64,000 nt of DNA from a virus (Duplodnaviria > Caudoviricetes). A program made the translations under genes and the position numbers. Positions 45,319-54,039 of this stretch are shown here, piece after piece; the first letter of the stretch is position 1; each line of letters begins with the position of its first letter. The stretch covers positions 1 through 64,000 of the IMG/VR virus record IMGVR_UViG_3300027753_000007; one strand, 5' to 3'. Below the pieces are notes generated by a model. The model made no database searches. It saw only the letters and a program-made list of their open reading frames with translations, and was not told where the DNA came from.

Positions 45319-46820
45319 TACGCCACCTCGCTTTCAACCTTTGCAGTGTGTACACGTTCCTCAGGCAGTTTTGCGTTTTCGCGCACCTGCTCAAAGTTCA
45401 TGTCTCGCACAAGCTTGCCATGATCGTATACAGTCTCAAGCATTGCCTTGTAACCGTCAGCTACGTATTCAGCAACTTCCTCAACTCGCACTGTCTTGTA
45501 GTCTGTACCGTTGTACAGCAATTCCAAGCGACCAGCTTTGGACTTCTTAAAACTTGAAGCGAGGGGCTTCCAGCTTGTTGCATCGTAGATAGTCGGATCT
45601 TTGTACACATCATGCCACACACCGTCAACATGAACCGCGCAAGCCTTCATCGCAAACTTGAGGGTGTCCCTGTTATTTTTTTGCAGCAAGCCGCCGCCCA
45701 TACCAAACGCAATGTTGCTAATGCTAAACTGTTCAGCTTCCAGCTTCTCAACAATTGCTCGCACATCGTTAATGTCAATGCCGTCACCTTGGATCACGCG
45801 CACACCGTCAAGAACTTTAAAGCCTTTCTTGTTGTACGTAAATCCAAAGATCCTGGACAACCTGCGCACCAATTCGACAGGGGTCTCAACTGCATCGCCG
45901 CTGTCAGGACGGATGACCCAAGTCGCGCCGCTTTCGCGTAACTGCTTCTTAAACTTGGGAGCAATCGTTTCCACAAAGTTCATAATGTCGTAACTGTCAG
46001 CGACCGTAGCGAAAATTGCGCCAGGTTTTGCAAAGTTGTCAAACATACGCTGCACCAGTGCCTCTTCGCCGTGGCGTCCAAAGCTTGTGGTCGTGCTATG
46101 TTCTGTAGCAGGAATGCTGTAGCCAGCCATTTGCGTGTTATAGCCGATGTTCGCAGCCATAATACCCACTGTCGTATCGCTTCCGAGGAAGTTTACAAGG
46201 TGAGCAGCACCTGCAAATGCAGCGGTTTCCAAACTACTCACACCACGTGAACCAAAGTCATGCAGTTTAAAACCGATTTCTGCATCAGCGTCGTCGGCTG
46301 TGCGCTTCAGTGCGTTGTAGATGATCTTTTTAATGTGGTAGGATGTCGTTGCAACCGTTGTAGGTGACCAGAGCCTCATCAGCTTGGTTTCCATGTATGT
46401 GACCAGCGAGAATACGCGCGGATCTTCCACGGTCGTCTCAACTGTCACCAACACGTTGCCCGTAGGAACCACTGTGCCTTCTTGGACTGCTTTGATTCGC
46501 AGCGGCATGTAGCCGTCGTAGTCGTCAACTACTGCTCGTAGCGCAACCTCAAGCTTGTCAATTTCTACACCAAATAGGTGTTCACGCTGGAAGGCGATGA
46601 TGTTGTCCACTTGTTTGTGGGTCATTCTTTCCAGGAAGTATTCTTTGAGGATTAGCTGCAATCCGAAGAATACCACTTCTTTATAATCGCCGCCTCTGCT
46701 CTCAATGTAGCTCATCAGCTTGTCAGCACCTTCTACATACTGTGCAGGGTGCGAAAATTTGTAGCTGTCTGTATCGCCAGCAACGCCATATGTTTCTCTA
46801 ATTTCATTTAAAATGCTCAT
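45318..46820 (-). CDS. nadV: Nicotinamide phosphoribosyltransferase
   Basis: TDSYKFSH, LHDFGSRG, IPATEHS, VADSYD, IRPDSGD, IQGDG, FGMGGGLLQ. Confidence 0.95.
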   Translation of the reverse strand: MSILNEIRETYGVAGDTDSYKFSHPAQYVEGADKLMSYIESRGGDYKEVVFFGLQLILKEYFLERMTHKQVDNIIAFQREHLFGVEIDKLEVALRAVVDDYDGYMPLRIKAVQEGTVVPTGNVLVTVETTVEDPRVFSLVTYMETKLMRLWSPTTVATTSYHIKKIIYNALKRTADDADAEIGFKLHDFGSRGVSSLETAAFAGAAHLVNFLGSDTTVGIMAANIGYNTQMAGYSIPATEHSTTTSFGRHGEEALVQRMFDNFAKPGAIFATVADSYDIMNFVETIAPKFKKQLRESGATWVIRPDSGDAVETPVELVRRLSRIFGFTYNKKGFKVLDGVRVIQGDGIDINDVRAIVEKLEAEQFSISNIAFGMGGGLLQKNNRDTLKFAMKACAVHVDGVWHDVYKDPTIYDATSWKPLASSFKKSKAGRLELLYNGTDYKTVRVEEVAEYVADGYKAMLETVYDHGKLVRDMNFEQVRENAKLPEERVHTAKVESEVA

Positions 46821-46850
46821 TGTAAACTCCTTACAAATATGCCTGTTCTA

Positions 46851-47048
46851 TTACAGGGCTTTTACGTTACCTAATTCAACTTTCACTTCAACATTTTTAA
46901 ACGTTGCTATTGTCTGCTCGCTACGTTCAGGATATGTCATTCCTACGTTAATACTAACACCTAACGTTTTAAGACCTTGCGCATTATAGTGGGCTTCAAT
47001 AATCTTCGTTAGCTGTTCTTTGCTTACTACAATTGTTGCAATAGTCAT
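46851..47048 (-). CDS. Small hypothetical protein
   Basis: Coupled 65-aa ORF. Confidence 0.55.
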   Translation of the reverse strand: MTIATIVVSKEQLTKIIEAHYNAQGLKTLGVSINVGMTYPERSEQTIATFKNVEVKVELGNVKAL

Positions 47049-47560
47049 TTCTGTTCTCCTTTCTCATGTTCTAATATATGCTTTTCGCCAAGCTCTATAA
47101 TTGCTGCGCGCCGCGCATCACTTAAATCTGTTGGAGATATTGCAAAATCTACGTGGGATACAAAAACACTGAATACACCGTGTTCATCTCGTTGCCAATG
47201 TCCGCGATGAATTCGATATGCACAGTATTCTTGCACCTCATCATATTCAGTTCCGTCTGGACGAACCTTTCTTTCTACAATTGGCTTCGGAATATTTACG
47301 ATGAATCTTATGACTGAACCTGGCTCACACATCTTCGACATTACTTCGTGACCAGCCTCAACCGAATCGTACGTTGGAAGCGTTAACCATTGCAAAAGGC
47401 GTAAATACTTCGCTAACTTTTCGCCGCTTGTCTCGGTTAATCCTAGAACCGCGGCTTCTGCTTCTGTCCAGCGTTTTGCAGTAGCATCATCAACTCCGTG
47501 CAAATGCCGCATGAGGTGTGCCTGATTCTTCATAAAAGTTTTTAGTTCTTGTACGTTCAT
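47045..47560 (-). CDS. Hypothetical protein
   Basis: ATGA-coupled ORF. Confidence 0.6.
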   Translation of the reverse strand: MNVQELKTFMKNQAHLMRHLHGVDDATAKRWTEAEAAVLGLTETSGEKLAKYLRLLQWLTLPTYDSVEAGHEVMSKMCEPGSVIRFIVNIPKPIVERKVRPDGTEYDEVQEYCAYRIHRGHWQRDEHGVFSVFVSHVDFAISPTDLSDARRAAIIELGEKHILEHEKGEQK

Positions 47561-47904
47561 TTCTTGCTCCACGTATATTGACTGGGATTCTGCGCTTCCA
47601 ATATTAGTTGCATTTCTACTTCGCGAGCCTTACGTTCTGCTTGCTTCTGTCCCTCAGTCTTAAACAATGTGTCTGTGGTGTTTGCCAAATTGTGTTTAAA
47701 ATATAGCTTGTCAGCTTCACGCCTCGTAGCAAACACTTCTTCCTTCTTCCAACGTTCCAAGCTTCCTTGCATTACGTTGTCGTTAATATGCATCATCAGT
47801 TTGTATTCTTTCAATATGCTACGTATGTTCGTAGTGTGACCTACCACACGTGCCTTAACTACACCAAGTGCCGTCACTGCATATACCGTTTCACCAAATC
47901 TCAT
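47557..47904 (-). CDS. Hypothetical protein
   Basis: ATGA-coupled to NadM-Nudix. Confidence 0.6.
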   Translation of the reverse strand: MRFGETVYAVTALGVVKARVVGHTTNIRSILKEYKLMMHINDNVMQGSLERWKKEEVFATRREADKLYFKHNLANTTDTLFKTEGQKQAERKAREVEMQLILEAQNPSQYTWSKK

Positions 47905-48947
47905 TGGTCAGCCCTCGTTGTAAGCATGTTGATGATTGACTTGTGGTCCTCAAACAGCGAGTGAGACATGTTCTTAACTGTGTCTAGCGCGAACCACTTT
48001 GCTGTTTCCGCATCGTCGCCGCCTTTCACTTTTGGCAGTGAGGGCTGGTCGGGTAGGTCAAACAAAAACGCTTGTGTAATTGTGCGACCACGTAATGACC
48101 TGCTAGGGTGGTCAAACAGTTTGCGGGCTTTGCATGATCCGCGCAACACTGCTTCCGGCACCTTCAATCTGGTTTCTTCCTTCAGTTCGCGTATTGCGCT
48201 ATCAAACGCAGTCTCGTCTTGACCGAGGAAGCCGCCAGGAAGTGCCCAGAGACCCTTGCCTGGTTCTGCGCGCCGCCTAATAAGTAGGATGTGTCCGCCC
48301 TGTATTACAACTGCGTCTGTGGTGAAAAATGTCACAGGATATGGCGTGTGCGCCCATGCAGTTTTGTACGTGCGGATGTAATTGAATTCTTTAACAAGCT
48401 GGGCGTATGCCTCAGTGTCTTTGAAGGTCATCAGCGTCTCGTAAACTGACACTGGCAGTGCCGATTTTATGTAGCTAAAATGTCCTTCAAAATATAGTTC
48501 GCGTATCTTCGTTGCGTCAATTGCAGTGCCGCCAGCCTCAGCGTATGCACCAATAGTCGTAAAGTCCCAGGTCGGGAAGCTTTTTAGGTAGTAGCTGGAA
48601 TCATCTTTTTCATGACCGAGGATTGTAATGTCCTCGTCGTTTGTTTCCCAGTTGTGGACTGCGGCTTGGACAGCCTCCAGCCATTTTGTTTCTTGGTATA
48701 GGTCATCTTCAACAGATGCTACCCGCACTCGCCAATTTCCTTCGGCTTTGGTGCCCCAAAGAGATTCTATTTGGGCTGTGCGTTCTTCAACTGTAAAGGG
48801 ATTTTTGATTGTGCGCGGCTCATTGGACGAGCCTAAGACCACAAGAACCTGGTCTGCAATTTCTAAAGCTTTGTTTATGTTTTGGACGTGCCCGTTGTGT
48901 AGTGGCTGCATCCTGCCGATGAATACGGCTAATTTGTATTTACGCAT
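47901..48947 (-). CDS. natV: Bifunctional NMN adenylyltransferase / ADP-ribose pyrophosphatase (NadM-Nudix)
   Basis: GRMQPLHNGH, NPF; Nudix box PGGF..ETAFDSAIRELKEETRL; GGDDA. Confidence 0.93.
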   Translation of the reverse strand: MRKYKLAVFIGRMQPLHNGHVQNINKALEIADQVLVVLGSSNEPRTIKNPFTVEERTAQIESLWGTKAEGNWRVRVASVEDDLYQETKWLEAVQAAVHNWETNDEDITILGHEKDDSSYYLKSFPTWDFTTIGAYAEAGGTAIDATKIRELYFEGHFSYIKSALPVSVYETLMTFKDTEAYAQLVKEFNYIRTYKTAWAHTPYPVTFFTTDAVVIQGGHILLIRRRAEPGKGLWALPGGFLGQDETAFDSAIRELKEETRLKVPEAVLRGSCKARKLFDHPSRSLRGRTITQAFLFDLPDQPSLPKVKGGDDAETAKWFALDTVKNMSHSLFEDHKSIINMLTTRADQ

Positions 48948-49036
48948 TTCGATACCCTCCGTATCGTCTTTGCAGTTAGCTTCTAACCGCGTACAAAAAG
49001 TCTATCTCTTTGTACTTTTATTTACCTACTATCAAC

Positions 49037-49065
49037 AGTATAACACCATTAAACAGTAATGTCAA
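49037..49065 (-). promoter_or_regulatory. sigma70 promoter of NAD/radical-SAM operon
   Basis: TTGACA-17-TATACT. Confidence 0.8.
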
Positions 49066-49068
49066 GTA

Positions 49069-49302
49069 TTATTTCAGTTCCCTGTATTCTTTGCGCCATG
49101 CCGCAATCTGTTTCTTGGTGGGCATTTCAATCCTGCGCTGGGTGGAGTCAATTTGGTGATAGCAGTTATCGCAAGTTATGTTACCGTACCATTCATCGTT
49201 TAGGGAGCGCCGGGCGTATCTTCCTTTGCCGCAGTTCCAGCACTTCGTGCCTTCATCAATATCAACTAATTCATCTAAATCTAAATGCAGTTGGTCGCTC
49301 AT
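49069..49302 (-). CDS. Small Zn-ribbon protein
   Basis: CWNC..CDNC. Confidence 0.65.
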   Translation of the reverse strand: MSDQLHLDLDELVDIDEGTKCWNCGKGRYARRSLNDEWYGNITCDNCYHQIDSTQRRIEMPTKKQIAAWRKEYRELK

Positions 49303-49315
49303 TGTTGTCTCCCAT

Positions 49316-49588
49316 CTACTTCTTATTTTCTATCCATTCACCAGGTACGTTAGTAATATTCCGGGTTCGGAAAGTTCTGTTGCACTTCGTGCAAATCTCC
49401 TGTTCATAAGTGTAAATAGTGTGGGGTTGCCAATCTTCTTCGGTACGCCTCGTTATAATTATCCGATGGTTGCAAGAAGCTTCTCGCTCGGCCTGTTCTC
49501 TGTCAGTGATTTCTGCAATCTTCGCTTCAAGAACTTTGATCTGGGCCATCGTTTCTAACAGGATTTCTCTATCGGTTTTCATCACCAT
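49316..49588 (-). CDS. Hypothetical protein
   Basis: Coiled coil plus CNH..CTKC. Confidence 0.6.
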   Translation of the reverse strand: MVMKTDREILLETMAQIKVLEAKIAEITDREQAEREASCNHRIIITRRTEEDWQPHTIYTYEQEICTKCNRTFRTRNITNVPGEWIENKK

Positions 49589-49614
49589 CTCCTATCTACT
49601 TTCTCATTATCTAT

Positions 49615-49702
49615 AGTATAAGCGAAAATACATCTTTTGTCAAGCACTAAATCTTCAAGGAAATCAGTAACTTACAAGAACTGTAAGAAAATCAATAACT
49701 TA
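49615..49702 (-). promoter_or_regulatory. sigma70 promoter plus two IHF-like sites
   Basis: TTGACA-17-TATACT (49615-49643); AATCAGTAACTTA 49662, AATCAATAACTTA 49690. Confidence 0.75.
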
Positions 49703-50158
49703 GCTGTTAATTATTACCCAACATTTGTTGGTGAAATCTTCCATCTTAACCCAGCGGTAAGGTAATTCATCGTATGCTTTCACATCTTTGTATCTGTTGT
49801 CTAACACAAAATCGCCTCGATTTGTCCTAGCTACGCACACGGCATGGCCAACACCTTTGCCTGGTCTACCCTTTTCATCTTCTGTAAAGCAAATTGCCAC
49901 AGCAAGATTTTCTCTGTCCCACTTTGTCTCAGCAACCAACCGTTTAATTTTGGTTAGGGCGTAATCATCGCAGTCGCCGCGGCCTTTACCTTCAACCACA
50001 GTCCAATAGTCCTCTTGTTCATATAGTTTTGAATCTACGACGTATCGGATGTCTTTATTGACTGCTTGTTGGATTCGACACAAGGATTCCCACAAATCAG
50101 TCGTTAGGGTCTGGCTCACTCTCCTCCTCTGGACAAATATTGTCCGTGTCTCGTTCAC
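49700..50158 (-). CDS. Transglutaminase-like cysteine protease catalytic domain (BTLCP/LapG, C93)
   Basis: GDCDDYALTK, HAV, VLDN triad; N-terminal part lies in another frame. Confidence 0.85.
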   Translation of the reverse strand: MNETRTIFVQRRRVSQTLTTDLWESLCRIQQAVNKDIRYVVDSKLYEQEDYWTVVEGKGRGDCDDYALTKIKRLVAETKWDRENLAVAICFTEDEKGRPGKGVGHAVCVARTNRGDFVLDNRYKDVKAYDELPYRWVKMEDFTNKCWVIINS

Positions 50159-50288
50159 AAAATTCTTGATATTGTCGAGGTGTGCTAGTCACTTCCCCTG
50201 TAGTCATTGTGCCTGCCGTCGGTAGGCTGGTCGTTGCTGAACACGATATTAAAAATGCTGCTACTAAGATTAAAATATATCTTTTCAT
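50097..50288 (-). CDS. Lipoprotein-signal ORF carrying the BTLCP N-terminal segment
   Basis: Signal ..FLISC; MTTGEVTSTP..YQEFCER..IC resembles the N-terminus of proteobacterial BTLCPs. Confidence 0.65.
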   Translation of the reverse strand: MKRYILILVAAFLISCSATTSLPTAGTMTTGEVTSTPRQYQEFCERDTDNICPEEESEPDPND

Positions 50289-50848
50289 ATTTCTTCTTTC
50301 TCAAAAAATTCTTCGTACACGATATTTATCTCATCGTCAGTAATCGTTGTCCCTTCCATCATGTACATCTTCAGTCGTGTTTTATCATCAAAGCCCAATG
50401 TGTTATTTTGAATCACTACGCCTTGTTGATCGCTGCGATCCTGATCGACCCTATAAATTTCAAATGTTCGTACATCGCCAATCACCAGTTCAAACCTTGT
50501 GCCGTTGCCTTTGTTTGTGTTCATGCCTACAAAGTTTTGTAGCTCACGCCATGGGTAAATGGTGGGGTTGAGTAGTGCTATTTTTGCTGGTGGGAAAATT
50601 CGTGCTAAGTGGCGTGCCCAAAATCCACCAAGCTGAACGCCTATAAACAAAATGTTATAGTCGTTGTGGTCTGCGATTTCTTTGCGAACTAGGTCGGTTA
50701 GGAATATATGGGCTAGGTGCGGATTGTTTGTAGGATACGTAGGTGTGAACCAGACGCTGTCATCGTTAGAGCACGTTTTAACGATCTGCTGTACCGCTGC
50801 GGAGCCTTCCGCTGTTTGCGCAAACTCATGTAAGACAAAGACTAACAC
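50285..50848 (-). CDS. YqiA/YcfP-like alpha/beta hydrolase, nucleophile Ser replaced
   Basis: GVQLGGFWA, LLNP. Confidence 0.65.
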   Translation of the reverse strand: MLVFVLHEFAQTAEGSAAVQQIVKTCSNDDSVWFTPTYPTNNPHLAHIFLTDLVRKEIADHNDYNILFIGVQLGGFWARHLARIFPPAKIALLNPTIYPWRELQNFVGMNTNKGNGTRFELVIGDVRTFEIYRVDQDRSDQQGVVIQNNTLGFDDKTRLKMYMMEGTTITDDEINIVYEEFFEKEEI

Positions 50849-51072
50849 TAGTCCTGCTCATCATCTATGTATTCCATAAAATGGCGCATTTCTGCCTTAG
50901 AACCGTGTTCTAAAACATCTTCATAATCGTCCCAAGCATCATCCTCAGGCTCGACTACATTCTTGTACTTCTCTTTCCTTGCATACTTAGTCTTGTCTGC
51001 ATGGGTAGCTGGTTTGGTTTGCTTATCCATATACTTCTTGACATAGTTGCGATCTTTCGGTTGGCGTTTCAT
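50848..51072 (-). CDS. Small basic/acidic hypothetical protein
   Basis: Coupled ORF. Confidence 0.6.
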   Translation of the reverse strand: MKRQPKDRNYVKKYMDKQTKPATHADKTKYARKEKYKNVVEPEDDAWDDYEDVLEHGSKAEMRHFMEYIDDEQD

Positions 51073-51073
51073 C

Positions 51074-51349
51074 TCATCCCCATTTTAATCTAAAAACAAA
51101 TGCATCTTTTCCGTCTTTGAACCAGAAAAATTCATGATCTCTGCTGTAAGCACCTTTGCAGTTTTCTTTCGCCCATGCTAAAATTTGGATATAGTTACTC
51201 CGCTCGGCGGTAGAAATCCGATCTTCAAATTTTTTCACAGGAACTGACGTCCATGTCATCTCATCCACATAGCAATATGGCACGTACTTCTTTCTTTCAT
51301 TCTGTGTGCGCTTCAATCTATCTAATGTGGATTTAGCTAATTGTCTCAT
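51074..51349 (-). CDS. Hypothetical protein (FWF..DA..F.LKW)
   Basis: ATG 5 nt after GATAAATA; sigma70-type TTGACA-17-TAGAAT at 51386-51414. Confidence 0.65.
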   Translation of the reverse strand: MRQLAKSTLDRLKRTQNERKKYVPYCYVDEMTWTSVPVKKFEDRISTAERSNYIQILAWAKENCKGAYSRDHEFFWFKDGKDAFVFRLKWG

Positions 51350-51470
51350 CGTATTATTTATCGTTCAAACTACGTGATATAACATATTCTAACATAAAAC
51401 GGACACAATGTCAAGGCAAAAAAAGCGCGACCGAAGCCGCGCCTAAGTTCTTATTATTGTCTTATCTTTT

Positions 51471-51860
51471 TTATGGTGTTGCGTTCAACTCTTTTAGCTT
51501 TATATTCAATACATCTAGTTCAGCTAATTCCGTAGCTGTTAGGTTTTCTCTACCTCTACTTAGTAAAATGTCTCGTTGCACAACTAACGTAAATATTTTT
51601 CCGTCTTTAATCTCTTTTATTATTTCGTTATATTCTCGATCTCTGTCTTCTTCAATTGAACTTATAAGTGTGCCTACTTTATTTTCTAATCCAAGTAATT
51701 TATCTCGTTGAGAACCTATGTGCCTTACATATTCACTTTCATTAACGTATCTGTCTTCTATCCACACAAAGCTACCTAGCAATACAGATAATATTCCTAT
51801 GGTGGTGGCTGCATATTTTATGAGTGCCCTTAAGTCTATTTTTTCCAATGTTTCTTCCAT
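51471..51860 (-). CDS. Single-TM protein, candidate holin/lysis accessory
   Basis: One TM helix plus coiled coil; lysis context. Confidence 0.45.
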   Translation of the reverse strand: MEETLEKIDLRALIKYAATTIGILSVLLGSFVWIEDRYVNESEYVRHIGSQRDKLLGLENKVGTLISSIEEDRDREYNEIIKEIKDGKIFTLVVQRDILLSRGRENLTATELAELDVLNIKLKELNATP

Positions 51861-51897
51861 TTCACATCCCTTTCAATTAAAATATATGTATATAATT

Positions 51898-52488
51898 TTA
51901 ACGATGAGCTTCGTGTGAGATTTCCATAGCCTTAATTAGTTCTTCCAGGCTTGGAAATTCATTTGGGTCTGATGTGTCGAAGCCTAAGAGGTTTAAATCC
52001 CCCATCGCACTTTGCATTACTCTCTGTGCCGCAGTATGTGCTTCGACGTATTTCTTGCCGATTGGTAAGTTTGTGTCAGTTAGTTCTGCTAATCTGTATA
52101 GACTGAGACTATATACGAGATGTGATGTAATCTTTTCGCGTTCTACTTCTTTAGCCGGGATACAGGTTGTCTCTTTAGAACAAACCCCAGCATTGCTAAC
52201 GGGGCGTTGTTGCTTCGTTAGCTCTGCCTTTAAATATTCTACTCTAGATGTTAGTTGATCTTTTTCTACTTTGAGGTCAATTATTTCACTTTGCAGCCGG
52301 CGCCGTTCGGATTCAGGAGATAGTCCTGAAGCATTTTCAGCTTTCTTCTGCTCATATACCACTAGCATTTTGTCCAACGCTGTAACCGATTCTTCTTGAG
52401 GCGGAGTATCTAGCTGTTGACCAAACATAGTAGTTGAAATTGTCAAAAGCAACATTGTTATTAAAAGTAGGAGTAGCTTATTCATCAT
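51898..52488 (-). CDS. Signal/TM plus coiled-coil protein, candidate spanin-like
   Basis: N-terminal hydrophobic helix, coiled coil; directly after endolysin. Confidence 0.45.
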   Translation of the reverse strand: MMNKLLLLLITMLLLTISTTMFGQQLDTPPQEESVTALDKMLVVYEQKKAENASGLSPESERRRLQSEIIDLKVEKDQLTSRVEYLKAELTKQQRPVSNAGVCSKETTCIPAKEVEREKITSHLVYSLSLYRLAELTDTNLPIGKKYVEAHTAAQRVMQSAMGDLNLLGFDTSDPNEFPSLEELIKAMEISHEAHR

Positions 52489-52616
52489 ATGTTTTCCTAT
52501 TACCAATTTTATTTATTCGTTTTCAATCCACAATTTTGTACACAGTTTTATATTTTCAGAGCTGTGCTCTGAGACTATTATTTATCTTTTATAATGGATC
52601 TCATTAAACACTAGTA

Positions 52617-53222
52617 TTAAGCGGCTGCCCTACGCAACCACCCTTTCTTGTATTTTGCCATTGCTGGTTTTGCAGCAATTAGGTCTAAGTAAAATTGAGC
52701 ATGGAACTGGCGAATCTCAGACATTAACATTTCGGAGTTAGTGCAATTGATCGCATTAAAAGTGTTAGGGCCAACCTTGCCGTCTACGACTAAGTTGTTG
52801 CCACAAGCATTTAGTGCTCGCTGTACAATTTTACCAGTTTGTATTGCGCCCATATTTACAGTCATGTCAAATACGCGGGCTGCTACTGTGTAGTCGTGTA
52901 TAGTTTCGTAATTATATTTGTCCCAAAAACCCGACTTGTACAGTGCAATAGCTTGCTCCGTAGTCATGTTTTTAATGTCGTCAATATCAATGTCGCCATC
53001 GTGATCTAAGTCACCATCTAACCAGCCGTCGCCGTCGGAATCGCCGCGACCTTTCAAATAGCGTATGGACATGCCCCAGTTTGTGGCGCCACCTGGATCA
53101 ACGGGATCGTTACTAAAACCACCTTCGTGTTCCAGTGTAGTGATGATAGCCTTATTGAAATGGCTAGGATCATTCATTGGTGGCGTAGTCTTAATGGAAT
53201 TAATTAGATCTTGTAGGCTCAT
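52617..53222 (-). CDS. GH108 endolysin with PG-binding_3 domain
   Basis: HEGGFSNDPVDPGGATNWG, FDMTVNMG, DGKVGPNT, KGWLRR. Confidence 0.92.
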   Translation of the reverse strand: MSLQDLINSIKTTPPMNDPSHFNKAIITTLEHEGGFSNDPVDPGGATNWGMSIRYLKGRGDSDGDGWLDGDLDHDGDIDIDDIKNMTTEQAIALYKSGFWDKYNYETIHDYTVAARVFDMTVNMGAIQTGKIVQRALNACGNNLVVDGKVGPNTFNAINCTNSEMLMSEIRQFHAQFYLDLIAAKPAMAKYKKGWLRRAAA

Positions 53223-53266
53223 ACGTGTTTCCCTGTGTTAGTAGTTATACACGTATTTACCAGAAT

Positions 53267-54010
53267 CTATGAATCTAGGGTGCCATCTTCCTTAACCAAA
53301 AGCTCTAAATATGTACTTAGGTTGTGGTCACCTGCCCATAGTACAGAGAATGATATTCTTCGCTTCAACAAACGCCTTATCCCAGCGTGTTTGTAGCTCA
53401 ATAAGAATGGAATGTTTGGGGGAATGAGGCGAACCCAATCCCATTGCACAACGACGCGATGGTAGTTCACGCCTTGGTAGATCTCAGTGGGGATAGTGCC
53501 ACCAAAGATGCGAGGTTGACCAAATGTGCATAGGTCAGTTGGTTTGCGCACAACTGCTAACATGGCTGCTAATGCTCCACCAAGGCTGTGACCCGTATAA
53601 AGGACACGCTTGGTTGGTGGGACAAGGGCTAGGTCGGCTTCGATTTCAGGCAACACTTTTTGTATGGCTGTTGCAAACCCCTTGTGTGCTTTTAGACCTC
53701 GGAAATCCGTCTTCCAAAATGTAAAATCAATTTTTAGATCGTGAGCCTCGCCCCATTCCGTTGCACGGAACGCAACAACCGCCACGTCGTCAAATTCTGC
53801 AAAGTAGCCTTGGACGCCAAGGCTGTCATAAAATTTTATTTTTGTCGCACCCATATCCGTGAGGTCTTTTATCACGGTGTCTACGTTACGCCAAGCAAGC
53901 TTGGCTAGGTATAGGCATGTTATGTGGTATTTTTGATTTAGACGATCTGTTAATGTTTTGCCGTATAAATCTTCCAAGACAAAGCTGTCTAGTTTTAAAC
54001 CATAATCCAT
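53267..54010 (-). CDS. Class 3 lipase
   Basis: VAFRAT, HKGF, TGHSLGGA, TFGQP, DWV..IP, H. Confidence 0.88.
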   Translation of the reverse strand: MDYGLKLDSFVLEDLYGKTLTDRLNQKYHITCLYLAKLAWRNVDTVIKDLTDMGATKIKFYDSLGVQGYFAEFDDVAVVAFRATEWGEAHDLKIDFTFWKTDFRGLKAHKGFATAIQKVLPEIEADLALVPPTKRVLYTGHSLGGALAAMLAVVRKPTDLCTFGQPRIFGGTIPTEIYQGVNYHRVVVQWDWVRLIPPNIPFLLSYKHAGIRRLLKRRISFSVLWAGDHNLSTYLELLVKEDGTLDS

Positions 54011-54039
54011 TTGTAATGCTCCTTTAAACAATGTATACG

